Shown here in pieces: positions 22,400 through 31,234 of a DNA stretch of 64,000 nucleotides. The notes under the pieces are model-generated. The model was not told the DNA's origin, searched no databases, and was given only the letters and a program-made list of their open reading frames with translations. How positions within the stretch are numbered: position 1 is the stretch's first letter; every line of letters begins with the position of its first letter. The stretch comes from Thermodesulfobacteriota bacterium (lineage in GTDB: Bacteria; Desulfobacterota_D; UBA1144; Nemesobacterales; UBA2774). The translations under genes were made by a program, and so were the position numbers. The stretch lies in NCBI GenBank assembly GCA_965223335.1, contig OZ244991.1:1632001-1696000 (forward strand), read 5' to 3'.

Positions 22400-24211
22400 C
22401 TATATCTTCGGCAGTAACTCTTTTAAGTGTTCATGAGGTGTTCTCAGCGTGTGTATGGCATCCACCCAGAACTGGGGAGAGTTCAGGTCTGCGCCTATGG
22501 TTTTCGATGCTACATTATCAGCTGTGTCAGAGCCAGTGTTTCGCAAAAACTCTTCGTATTTCTCAATAAACGCAGGCCCCTCTCGTTTAAACATTGCAAA
22601 TAACCCGCGGCTTAGCAGGTACCCGAATGTGTAGGGGAAGTTGTAAAAAGTCACGCCGGTTATATAGAAATGCAGTTTCGAGGCCCAGAAATATGGATCT
22701 TCTCCGTCCTGCTCCAATATATCCCCAAAGATTTTCTGCTGTGTTTCGCACATAAGCTCTTTTATGCGGCTTACACTCACCTCGCCCGCCCCGCGTTCCT
22801 CGTAAAAACTCTTCTCGAACTCAAACCTAACAGGTATATCCATCAGATAAATGGCACCGTGGTTTATCTCCATATCTAGCATCTCTGCCTTTTGCCTGTC
22901 ACTAATCTCGGGGCTGCTGATGATACCCTCTGCAAGTATCATCTCGCCGAATGTAGATGCAGATTCAGCAAGTGTCATCGGGTAGAGGTGTGCGTAGGGC
23001 CTTATATCGCGCATAACATAGCTGTGGAATGCGTGGCCCGCCTCATGAGCAAGTGTGAGTACATCCCCAATGGTCTCGTTATATGTCATAAATATCCGCG
23101 ATTCCTTCGTAAGCAGTGAGCCTGTGCAAAACCCCCCGGGGCGCTTTCCCTGCCGGGGCTCCCAGTCTATCCAGTTCTTTTCATACATGTTGTTTACGAA
23201 TACACCTAGCTCGGGGTACGATTTTGAAAACGCCTCGCTCACAAGGCCTTTCCCTTTTTCCCAATCCAGCTTCTCATCTTGGGGCAGATCGAGGGGTGCC
23301 CCCAGGTCGTACCAAGCAATACTTTCTCTATTCATGGTCCGGGCCTTGTATCTGAGTATCTCTTTTGGGACCTCTATCTCGGAATATATGGCCTCAAACA
23401 TAGCATCCAGAGTCTTACGGCTGATAGCGGATTGAAATAGTGCTACATCCAGGAAATGGTCAATACCCCGATAGCGGTTTAGCGTTAGCCTAGTACCCGC
23501 AATTGCATTTAGAGCCGCTGCAGCGGTGTCTTCAATACCGGCCCACGCAGCGTTACCCCCGTCAAACGCAGCTTTTCTTGTTGCACGGTCGGGCTTTTCC
23601 ATAAGCGACCGCCTTTTAGATATTGGGATAATCTCTTTGGTCCCGTCAGGGTATTTCATCTCGAACTCAAGCTTGCTCGACACCGTATCGTAGAGCCGCC
23701 CCCATGCCTCGATACCGTTTACAGCCAGATCTGCGGTAAGCACCTCTTTTTCTGCATCCATCTTCTTCTGCGCGTCTTCCCTGAGCCGCTCTATATAGTA
23801 TTTTGCACCATTTAAGCCCTTGCTTTTCACAAAACTATCTATTGTTTCGTCTGTTGCGTCCTTAAGTGCTCTAATAAGCTCTATTCTGAGCTTAGAGAAC
23901 TCAGCCCCCATAAGTGACATATCTGCCTCTTCCCTTAGAAAGTCTTCGTTAAGGCCGTCGGCCGATGCCAGGCAGCCCACATAAGAGCTCAGATGAGAGT
24001 ACCGCGTGAGTATATCTTCGCACGAGATAAACACCCCTTCCCATTGCTTTAAGTTCCCTTCGTTCAATATATCCAGCGTGCAAGCGCTTTTGAGTGTAGA
24101 GTCTATATCGCTTCTAAGTACAGTTTTAAATTCCTCCATCTCATTCCCCCTAAACACAGGGAAATAGCTTGTTAGATCCCAATTCATTTTCTCGGTTGCT
24201 TTGTCCGGCAT
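22400..24211 (-). CDS. pepF: Oligoendopeptidase F (M3B)
   Basis: WDL, GKRPGGFC, HEAGHAFH, AE.ASTF.E and FYNFPYTFG motifs. Confidence 0.93.
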   Translation of the reverse strand: MPDKATEKMNWDLTSYFPVFRGNEMEEFKTVLRSDIDSTLKSACTLDILNEGNLKQWEGVFISCEDILTRYSHLSSYVGCLASADGLNEDFLREEADMSLMGAEFSKLRIELIRALKDATDETIDSFVKSKGLNGAKYYIERLREDAQKKMDAEKEVLTADLAVNGIEAWGRLYDTVSSKLEFEMKYPDGTKEIIPISKRRSLMEKPDRATRKAAFDGGNAAWAGIEDTAAAALNAIAGTRLTLNRYRGIDHFLDVALFQSAISRKTLDAMFEAIYSEIEVPKEILRYKARTMNRESIAWYDLGAPLDLPQDEKLDWEKGKGLVSEAFSKSYPELGVFVNNMYEKNWIDWEPRQGKRPGGFCTGSLLTKESRIFMTYNETIGDVLTLAHEAGHAFHSYVMRDIRPYAHLYPMTLAESASTFGEMILAEGIISSPEISDRQKAEMLDMEINHGAIYLMDIPVRFEFEKSFYEERGAGEVSVSRIKELMCETQQKIFGDILEQDGEDPYFWASKLHFYITGVTFYNFPYTFGYLLSRGLFAMFKREGPAFIEKYEEFLRNTGSDTADNVASKTIGADLNSPQFWVDAIHTLRTPHEHLKELLPKI

Positions 24212-24346
24212 CTGTGCTCCTCTTTTTTGTTAGGATTTGTTGGGAATAATGTACCCTGTGATTAAAGGGTGTTAAATCTCGGATTTGGCTTGTGGATGGA
24301 TGTGTTAGAAGAGAAACTTTTCCTTCAAACGGTTATCTAATTATAT

Positions 24347-25291
24347 ATGACACACTCAACTGCGGGTTCGTTTTTCATCGCTATATTGTATTATGTGCTT
24401 ATTCTCCCTCAACTGTCGCAGGCCCTCGAAGCTTATAACGGGTTTGATGTCGAAAACAGCATTGTACCTAAAAATGAGATATTTTCCGGCGGCCCTCCCA
24501 AAGACGGCATCCCTGCTATTTTAAAACCCAAGTTCGAGTCCCCTAAAGATTCGGGGTGGCTAAAGGACGATGACCTTGTGACAGGGGTCTCTATAAACGG
24601 TGAAACACGGGCGTACCCCTTGCGTATCCTGGTTTGGCACGAAGCGGTTAACGACACTGTAGGAGCGCAGCCGATATTGGTCTCTTACTGTCCTCTATGC
24701 GGGTCTACTTTAGTGTTCAGCAGGAACATTGATGACGACACCTTTAGTTTCGGGATTTCCGGACTCTTGTACCAGTCCGATGTACTCTTCTACGACCACA
24801 AGACCGAAAGCCTCTGGTCTCAACTCGAGATGAAGTCCATTGCCGGAAAGATGGTAGGCACCCGACTCGAGGTGCTGCCCTCTACACTATCTACATGGAG
24901 GGAATGGAAAAAAGCACACCCCGACACGCTGGTTCTCAGCAGAGATACAGGGTACTCAAGGGATTACAGCACCATGCCCTATGCGGGTTATGAACAATCC
25001 ACCGCCACTATGTTCCCCGTTAACCACAGCAGCAATAGATACCATCCCAAGGAAAAGGTTTTAGTGGTGCTTGTGGACGGTGATGCCAAGGCCTATCCCT
25101 TTAGTGAACTAAAGAATGCAGAGGCCCCACTCAGTGATAAGATTGGGAATACAGATGTAAAAATTCTGTTTGGTGATGGCGACTATGTGACCGCTACTGA
25201 CAGTAACGGCAATCCCATAGAGTCGTTTGTGTCGTACTGGTTCGCTTGGTACACCTTCAGGCCCGAGACAGATGTGTACAAGGCCAAGTAA
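24347..25291 (+). CDS. DUF3179 domain exported protein
   Basis: GGPPKDGIPAI, RAYP..IL.WHE.VND, YCPLCGS and YD..TESLWSQ motifs. Confidence 0.88.
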   Translation: MTHSTAGSFFIAILYYVLILPQLSQALEAYNGFDVENSIVPKNEIFSGGPPKDGIPAILKPKFESPKDSGWLKDDDLVTGVSINGETRAYPLRILVWHEAVNDTVGAQPILVSYCPLCGSTLVFSRNIDDDTFSFGISGLLYQSDVLFYDHKTESLWSQLEMKSIAGKMVGTRLEVLPSTLSTWREWKKAHPDTLVLSRDTGYSRDYSTMPYAGYEQSTATMFPVNHSSNRYHPKEKVLVVLVDGDAKAYPFSELKNAEAPLSDKIGNTDVKILFGDGDYVTATDSNGNPIESFVSYWFAWYTFRPETDVYKAK

Positions 25292-25395
25292 CTTAGCTCG
25301 TTACCTATAAATCCAACAAAAATCAGACAAGTGCGGTATAATTTTTCTACTCCGAGCGGTTAAAAATTCATACGATTAAACAAAGGGAACAAAAC

Positions 25396-25680
25396 ATGAA
25401 CAATAAAAGTTATATGGCATTATTCATAAAAAATCTCTTTAGGAAAGATACTGTAGTGCGTGCGATCAAAGTGATGATGATCGTCGCCCCTATACTCATC
25501 CTGATCAACCATCACGACCACATTATTGCACGTGAGTTCTCACATAAATTCTATATGAAGTCTTTGCTTACACTGTTTGTCCCATACTGCGTATCGGCTT
25601 ATTCATCTGCCAGTGCATACACCGCAGATGAGATTGCCAAACTCAATAATCCGAGCTCTTCCCAGCCGGTAGGTGTGTAA
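25396..25680 (+). CDS. Small membrane protein, NrtS-like
   Basis: 94 aa with RA.KV...V..IL..IN and K..LT..VPYCVS patterns. Confidence 0.7.
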   Translation: MNNKSYMALFIKNLFRKDTVVRAIKVMMIVAPILILINHHDHIIAREFSHKFYMKSLLTLFVPYCVSAYSSASAYTADEIAKLNNPSSSQPVGV

Positions 25681-25694
25681 AGATTTGGTGAGTA

Positions 25695-26648
25695 TCACGA
25701 GGAGGGATTATCTTTCTTTGTCTGCTCGTTTAAGTGCCAGTCATAGTGCAGATAACCTAGTTTAAAATCGTTTTTCTCAAGAAATTGCACGTCGTATTCT
25801 GAAGAAATATTTGTTAGCACAAAACTAAGAACCGATTTATCCTTTAAGCTTCGGCCCGCGAACTGATCGGTCTCGCCATAAGTGGCAATAAAGTCTTCAC
25901 CGAACCATTTGAAAATCTTAGACACTTTTACTTGTTTCGTTTTCGGATTCACATAAACTCCTTTCGATGGGTTATTAACGAAGTTTTTAGATGCGTCCAC
26001 TAACTGGACTTCCAGCTTATCCCCTGTGTAGGCCTCGTCTCTTAGGTCTGGGCACCCGATTGAGGCACAGTTGATGGCTGCGTGGATTCGCGGTTCATTG
26101 AACTTCTTTCTAAGTATCTCGTGCTCTATCTCCCCCAGCGTGACCATGTTGCCCATTGCCCTGAACTGTAGCTTGTCCCATATGCCTCTTATCTGCCGGA
26201 TGCTGTTTGAGGGGGCTGTGATCCCGAGTAACGTGAGGCTCCTTTTAATTGGATAATTGTCTATGATCGCAGCCAGCGTAAATGCATTATATGCGTTTAT
26301 CCAATAGGCAATTTGCTCGGATTCCGTCCATTTGTTGTAGTCATCGGGCGAGACCTCACCCAGCGTGCGCATATATGCCTGTAATTGTTCCCGTGATAGT
26401 TGTAGCCCACGATAATCGACCCTGCTCGCTTTAACAAATCGTTCCAATATAGAATCGAATTGCTCGTGTGTCTGGTCAAATTCCTTAATATCACTGTTCT
26501 CCAATGCGTAGGATACAATTGTATAAGCATTGCTCTGGTGATTTTGAGATAATGAATATGCGACTGCTAGCAGTGCAATGATTATTGCTACTGATATTTG
26601 GTAAGATATGTGATTCCAGAATTTCGCGATTCGTAGCAAGCGACCCAT
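25695..26648 (-). CDS. DUF547 domain exported protein
   Basis: VDY, AYWINAYNA, L..IEH.ILR, PRIH.A.NCASIGCP and YDW.LN motifs. Confidence 0.9.
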   Translation of the reverse strand: MGRLLRIAKFWNHISYQISVAIIIALLAVAYSLSQNHQSNAYTIVSYALENSDIKEFDQTHEQFDSILERFVKASRVDYRGLQLSREQLQAYMRTLGEVSPDDYNKWTESEQIAYWINAYNAFTLAAIIDNYPIKRSLTLLGITAPSNSIRQIRGIWDKLQFRAMGNMVTLGEIEHEILRKKFNEPRIHAAINCASIGCPDLRDEAYTGDKLEVQLVDASKNFVNNPSKGVYVNPKTKQVKVSKIFKWFGEDFIATYGETDQFAGRSLKDKSVLSFVLTNISSEYDVQFLEKNDFKLGYLHYDWHLNEQTKKDNPSS

Positions 26649-26709
26649 AATAACTGTTAGATGGACCCTATTTACTAAGGATTCAAATCTATATTCCTAT
26701 ACGAACCAT

Positions 26710-27192
26710 TTAGGGGTTCGGATTCGGTACAGTTATAGGTGGCTGAGTTGGAGGTGGCTGTGTAGGTATCGGCCGTGTGGGTGGTGGGCGTCTTGTCGGA
26801 GGCACGGGTGGATTAGTCGGTGGTAGAGGTGGGTTTGTAGGCGGTACGGGCGGGTTGGTGGGAGGATTGGGCGGATTCGTAGGGGGAGGTGCAGTTCGGA
26901 AATCATTTTGAGCATCCGGCGGTTCTTGATTGTACGGAGGCTCGGGGTCCGGGACTCTTGGGATAGGTGCACGGAGCAGAATTTCCATAACATTTAGCAG
27001 ATCAGGGTTATCGCGTACCGAATTTATCCTATCAATCGCACCCATATCGAGATCTATCTGTTCGTCTGTGGTCCATGAGTTGTTTAAAGCTCCCGCTATC
27101 ATATGCGGCGATGAAATAAGCAGCACTGCAATTATCATGAATAGCAACGATCTTAGCGGTTTTAATTTGTTCATTTTATTGAATACTTTCAT
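26710..27192 (-). CDS. Proline-rich secreted hypothetical protein
   Basis: GAGGTGG RBS overlaps the upstream stop codon; signal-like N-terminus; C-terminal PPTNPPx repeats. Confidence 0.75.
   Translation of the reverse strand: MKVFNKMNKLKPLRSLLFMIIAVLLISSPHMIAGALNNSWTTDEQIDLDMGAIDRINSVRDNPDLLNVMEILLRAPIPRVPDPEPPYNQEPPDAQNDFRTAPPPTNPPNPPTNPPVPPTNPPLPPTNPPVPPTRRPPPTRPIPTQPPPTQPPITVPNPNP
26740..26890 (-). repeat. Degenerate ~21-bp coding tandem repeats (PPTNPPx)
   Basis: Protein PPTNPPN-PPTNPPV-PPTNPPL-PPTNPPV-PPTRRPP; codons are synonymously diverged. Confidence 0.8.
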
Positions 27193-27199
27193 AACCACC

Positions 27200-28513
27200 T
27201 CAATAACTCAGGAATAATGACCATGTGATGATGTGACGGTCATATTCTAGCACTCTGTAAGTTGAGTCCTCGTTTGTAAAACTGTATGACATTGCCGCGT
27301 ATATCGGTCCCGAGATATTACGTGTCAGCATCGCAAGGAAGTTGATCCTGTCGGTTTTCCTATCTCTTGGACCCTGGAAATCTGGGTATTTTTCTCTGCC
27401 GTACTCACCATTAATATCTGCTCTAATAGCCCAAAACAACGGTGCAGATATTCCGCCCCTTAACCTGTGGCCGTTAAAATTAAAGTTGAGTCCATCGGCG
27501 TTATTGTGCTGGAACTCGTACCCAAGCCACACATTTAGTGCACGCTCCATAAAAAAGAAGTACTGTAACAAACCAACACTGTTATTTACAGCATCACGTG
27601 ACGAGATTGCGGGATCAAACCCCTCGTCCTCAAAATCATCATAGGCAAACCTGTAAAACGGTATTGTTAGGGTGTTGGGTGTGAACGCTGTATTTAGTGA
27701 TGCGGTAATAGAGTGCGAGTTGCTAAACCTGTCATAATCGAGCAGTGCATAGTTAAAGTTATAGTTTAGTGTCGGGGAAAACGGTTTGCCGAATAGTGTG
27801 GTTGTGTAGTTAATGTATGGTGAAACGTTGAATGTAGATAGATTGAAATCTCTAAGTTCTCGTTTGGTATGTTGGCTCTGGTAGGTGTTGAAATTGGCAC
27901 CCAGCACCCAATTCCCTAGGTTAGTGGTTCGTAACCCCAGGTTTAGGTACTCGGTGAACCTGAATGACTCGTCTTCGGTAAATGCCGCCCCACTGCCGTT
28001 TGGGTTTTCCGGCACATTGAAATCGAGTTGGGGTGCAATTTGTAGGAATACGTTATAGAATCTGGGGCCACCGGGTCTCTCGAACTCGGTCTGCTGTTGT
28101 TCAATGGCCTCGACATACTTTCCTGCCCACTTCGCGTATAGAGATTCCGGGGCTAGCGTTTTTACCTTGTCAAAAAGCGCACGCGCCATATCGGTCTGGC
28201 TGATTTTGAAATATGTAGATGCCTTATAATAGATTATCGGTACGTTTTCGGGGTCTATCTTAAGCGCTTTATCATAAGTTTCGAGTGCCTTTTGATAGTT
28301 TTCCAGCCTGTGATAAGAAAGTCCGATATATCTTAATATTAGAGGGGCCTGGTCAGGGTATTGCTCAAGTAGAGTTGTGAATTCTGTTATCGCCTTATTA
28401 TAATCACCGGATTTAAAGGCCTTCCCGGCTTCTGTATCTACTATATTAAGCTCTGCAAAAGCCGCGGGGGTAATCAGCGAGAGAATGAAAAATGTGTATA
28501 TGAGTATCCGCAT
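27200..28513 (-). CDS. TPR plus outer-membrane beta-barrel protein (Slam/DUF560-like architecture)
   Basis: Signal peptide MRILIYTFFILSLITPAAFA, TPR helices, then amphipathic strands ending WSLFLSY; start at 28513 chosen from the signal peptide. Confidence 0.72.
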   Translation of the reverse strand: MRILIYTFFILSLITPAAFAELNIVDTEAGKAFKSGDYNKAITEFTTLLEQYPDQAPLILRYIGLSYHRLENYQKALETYDKALKIDPENVPIIYYKASTYFKISQTDMARALFDKVKTLAPESLYAKWAGKYVEAIEQQQTEFERPGGPRFYNVFLQIAPQLDFNVPENPNGSGAAFTEDESFRFTEYLNLGLRTTNLGNWVLGANFNTYQSQHTKRELRDFNLSTFNVSPYINYTTTLFGKPFSPTLNYNFNYALLDYDRFSNSHSITASLNTAFTPNTLTIPFYRFAYDDFEDEGFDPAISSRDAVNNSVGLLQYFFFMERALNVWLGYEFQHNNADGLNFNFNGHRLRGGISAPLFWAIRADINGEYGREKYPDFQGPRDRKTDRINFLAMLTRNISGPIYAAMSYSFTNEDSTYRVLEYDRHIITWSLFLSY

Positions 28514-28726
28514 ATCTTCATTTTTGATGTTACTTCCGAGGATTATATAATTTTTTGTGTCTGCTTGCAAATGGATATTAGAATTAATATCCTCTCTAAT
28601 TAAGCAAGCAATATGTAGTATTAAGTTGCTGGAATATGGCTTGCATCGGATTGTTATTTGCATAATTATCCGCCTGAGTAATGAGAAGAGGCTGTGTATA
28701 TTTCCTCCTCAAAACTATTTCAAATA

Positions 28727-28756
28727 GTTAGTAGTTGTTAAGGGAGTAAAGGTTCA
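28727..28756 (-). promoter_or_regulatory. Degenerate copy of the putative ECF promoter motif
   Basis: TGAACC tttactcccttaac AACTAC TAAC; -35 and terminal TAC-TAAC conserved with the same spacing as the other copies. Confidence 0.55.
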
Positions 28757-28826
28757 TTACAACTGTAATGAACTCTGATTCTAGCGGGTTATATGTAGAA
28801 ATGTGTGGAATAGTTAATTCCTATTG

Positions 28827-29642
28827 CTATGAAAAGGCCTGATTTAATCTCTCAATTTGCTCATCGGACAGGTGCCAGCCCGAGCCCCCGCAATTCTCAA
28901 CAGTGCGCTCAACGCTGTTGGATTTCGGTATGGATACTACATTTGGATGGGAATTGCACCAGTTTAGAGAGACCTGTGCCATAGTCCTGCCAGTCTCTTT
29001 TGCAATGTCCTCAAGCACCTGCATTTTGCTGCTTACCCTGATTCGTGGTTTCTTGCAAAGCCGCCCGTCATCAAGGGGGGTATACGCGAGGATTGTTATG
29101 TTGCTCTTCTCGCAAAATGGTATTAAGTCTGTTTCTATGCCGCGGCTGTTTAGGTTGTAGAGGACCTGATTTGAGACTATCGGATGGTGGTTAAGATAGT
29201 GCATAGCGTTTAATAGTTCGTCTGTGTCGAAATTGCTCACACCCAGATATTTAACCAGGCCCCGGTCGGCCAGTTTCTCTAAAGCTCGCATCGTATCCTG
29301 CAGAGGGTAGGTGTAATTGGGCCAGTGGATCTGATAGAGATCAATATAATCAGTACCTAGTCGATACAAGCTGTCCTCGCATGCTCTCAATACATCATCA
29401 TGTGCAAGGTGTCTGCCTGAGACCTTCGTTGCTAAAAACACGTCATCACGAATACCTTTAATTGCTTCTCCTACCACGTCTTCAGTGTGATAACCCTCGG
29501 CAGTGTCTATGAGACTTGCACCCAGTTTTATCCCCTCTCTTAGAGTCTCTGCACCACCCCGGTACCTCCATGTGCCGAGCCCGATCTCAGGGATCATAAT
29601 CCCGGTATTACTTAGTTCTTTATGGTTCATCTCTGTACTCAT
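28827..29642 (-). CDS. Aldo/keto reductase
   Basis: IGLGTW, IDTAEGY, ATKV, DLYQIHWP, GVSNF, NQVLYNL and IPKS motifs. Confidence 0.95.
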   Translation of the reverse strand: MSTEMNHKELSNTGIMIPEIGLGTWRYRGGAETLREGIKLGASLIDTAEGYHTEDVVGEAIKGIRDDVFLATKVSGRHLAHDDVLRACEDSLYRLGTDYIDLYQIHWPNYTYPLQDTMRALEKLADRGLVKYLGVSNFDTDELLNAMHYLNHHPIVSNQVLYNLNSRGIETDLIPFCEKSNITILAYTPLDDGRLCKKPRIRVSSKMQVLEDIAKETGRTMAQVSLNWCNSHPNVVSIPKSNSVERTVENCGGSGWHLSDEQIERLNQAFS

Positions 29643-29723
29643 AATTATGATTCTTAAATATATGATAATAAATTCTTATAGGTTTGAATACAGAGGGAAT
29701 GTAGTAGTCGCAAGATATATATT

Positions 29724-29759
29724 AAAAACGGGGCTGTCTGTGAATTTAGACAACCCCGT
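29724..29759 (-). terminator. Intrinsic terminator after the CSLREA gene
   Basis: Minus strand ACGGGGTTGTCT-loop-AGACAGCCCCG followed by TTTTT. Confidence 0.85.
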
Positions 29760-29770
29760 ATAGTCTCATT

Positions 29771-31078
29771 TTATGCTTCAATTTCATTTCTCCTCATCAG
29801 TCTTCTAGTTAATATCAAAGCAGGAATTAGAAGATAGAGAGGAAAAGCTGTAGAGGTTGTATTGGTTGCCAGTGAACATCCACCGCCACTTTCGCTTACG
29901 GCACCAAATACGTGCTCAACGGCACCCATATCACAGATCGAAAACCCATTACCGTCCCCGTCCTGCGGCCTTGCGGTGCCTCTTTGGTCGGTCCCGTTAC
30001 ATTCTGCCGGGTTATCGGCGCTATCAATAGCAGGGCTCCCTTCCAGTATCCCGTGTGTCATAGTGGGGCCGCCGTTATCTGCAAGTATGCCGATCATTGG
30101 GTTTGTGTTGGGCATATCAGTCGGGTCTATGAGGTTGCATAAAGTTGTGGAAATATTGTTTCCATCCGACTGGATAAATATTCCACCGCAATCACTTGTG
30201 ATGTTATTGGCAATTATACTACCCCATACTGAAGTCATACTTCCAGCTGCCTGATAGATACCTCCGGCTGAACCAGATACGGTTATGTTAGATGCAATCG
30301 TTGTAAACTTTATGTCGAGCTCGGAGTCGTTATAAATTCCACCACCTAGGTCGGTTGCAGCGTTATTGCTTATAGTGACGTTCCTAAGTGTTAGAGCCCC
30401 ACGGTTGTAAATACCGCCTCCCCTCTCATCACCAGGGTCTCCGGCAGTAATATTGTTGTCGATCACTGATTCAACAATTGTCCCTTCGGCATCAGGGCCG
30501 ATATATATGCCTGCGCCTCTGGGAGCCATATTGCCTGTAATTGCTACCGTCTCGAGTACCACAATTTCAGCTGCATTTCTTATGGCACCACCGGCATTTC
30601 CCGAGTTGGCATTCGTGATCGTTAGGTCATAGAACTCAACCGTAATTTGATTTAAACCATCACCATCTAAAAGATGGAAGATCTGCTTGGAGCCGTTTCC
30701 GTCGATAATCGTGGACTTAGTGCCTGATCCTTGGATAATGAGGTCATCTCTTATATCCAGATCACCAACTGCTGCGAAGTTGTCCCCGCCCTCTAGTGTA
30801 AGGACATACGTCCCAGCGGGTATTGCTATCGTATCCTGACCCGCAAGATCGTTTGTTTCCATCACCGCAGCACGAAGTGTGCAGTTCCCGGCCCCGTCGT
30901 CACAAAGTGTATCACCCGGTGTATCATCGGGTGTGTCAATGTTGCTGTTTACAACAAACATCACAGCATGTGAATGAGTTGCTCCTATCATCACTGATAG
31001 AGCAAATACTAAAAGCAACATGCCTCGTGCTATGTGCGAAGCATCAAAATCTTTAATGCTCTCGAATAAGTTAATCAT
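29771..31078 (-). CDS. CSLREA / beta-helix / choice-of-anchor Q surface protein with GGGCS-TM-RR sorting tail
   Basis: VVNSNID...CTLRAAV, GGGIYN repeats, LADNGGPT.TH....SPAID...DQRG...CDMGAVE, then GGGCSLA, TM and RRLMRR; AAGGAGG before ATG 31078. Confidence 0.88.
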   Translation of the reverse strand: MINLFESIKDFDASHIARGMLLLVFALSVMIGATHSHAVMFVVNSNIDTPDDTPGDTLCDDGAGNCTLRAAVMETNDLAGQDTIAIPAGTYVLTLEGGDNFAAVGDLDIRDDLIIQGSGTKSTIIDGNGSKQIFHLLDGDGLNQITVEFYDLTITNANSGNAGGAIRNAAEIVVLETVAITGNMAPRGAGIYIGPDAEGTIVESVIDNNITAGDPGDERGGGIYNRGALTLRNVTISNNAATDLGGGIYNDSELDIKFTTIASNITVSGSAGGIYQAAGSMTSVWGSIIANNITSDCGGIFIQSDGNNISTTLCNLIDPTDMPNTNPMIGILADNGGPTMTHGILEGSPAIDSADNPAECNGTDQRGTARPQDGDGNGFSICDMGAVEHVFGAVSESGGGCSLATNTTSTAFPLYLLIPALILTRRLMRRNEIEA

Positions 31079-31093
31079 GGTTAATTCCTCCTT
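31071..31093 (-). repeat. 23-bp exact direct repeat, copy 1 (RBS plus first codons)
   Basis: + strand ttaatcatggttaattcctcctt, identical to 32064-32086. Confidence 0.9.
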
Positions 31094-31110
31094 TAAAGCA
31101 AGTTTGAATG

Positions 31111-31140
31111 GTGAGTAACAATATGCGAGGTAAAGGTTCA
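31111..31140 (-). promoter_or_regulatory. Putative ECF sigma promoter
   Basis: TGAACC tttacctcgcatat TGTTAC TCAC, just upstream of the CSLREA gene RBS. Confidence 0.85.
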
Positions 31141-31162
31141 ATATGTAACATATATAATATAT

Positions 31163-31197
31163 AAAAAGCCCCTGGAGCTTTCATACTCCAAGGGCTT
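31163..31197 (-). terminator. Intrinsic terminator
   Basis: Minus strand AAGCCCTTGGAG-tatgaaag-CTCCAGGGGCTTTTT. Confidence 0.85.
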
Positions 31198-31234
31198 CTC
31201 TGTAAAGTCGAGTCTAACTTAAGGACTGTATTAA

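Noticed and set aside
28827..29642. Aldo/keto reductase as a member of the ECF regulon
   Set aside because: No motif copy upstream, a terminator separates it from the CSLREA gene, and it is cytoplasmic.
31079..31141. N-terminal extensions of the ORF-track calls 29771-31141, 31235-32200 and 32961-36008
   Set aside because: They run through the promoter motif and/or the SD; the strong SD and signal peptides point to starts at 31078, 32071 and 35993.
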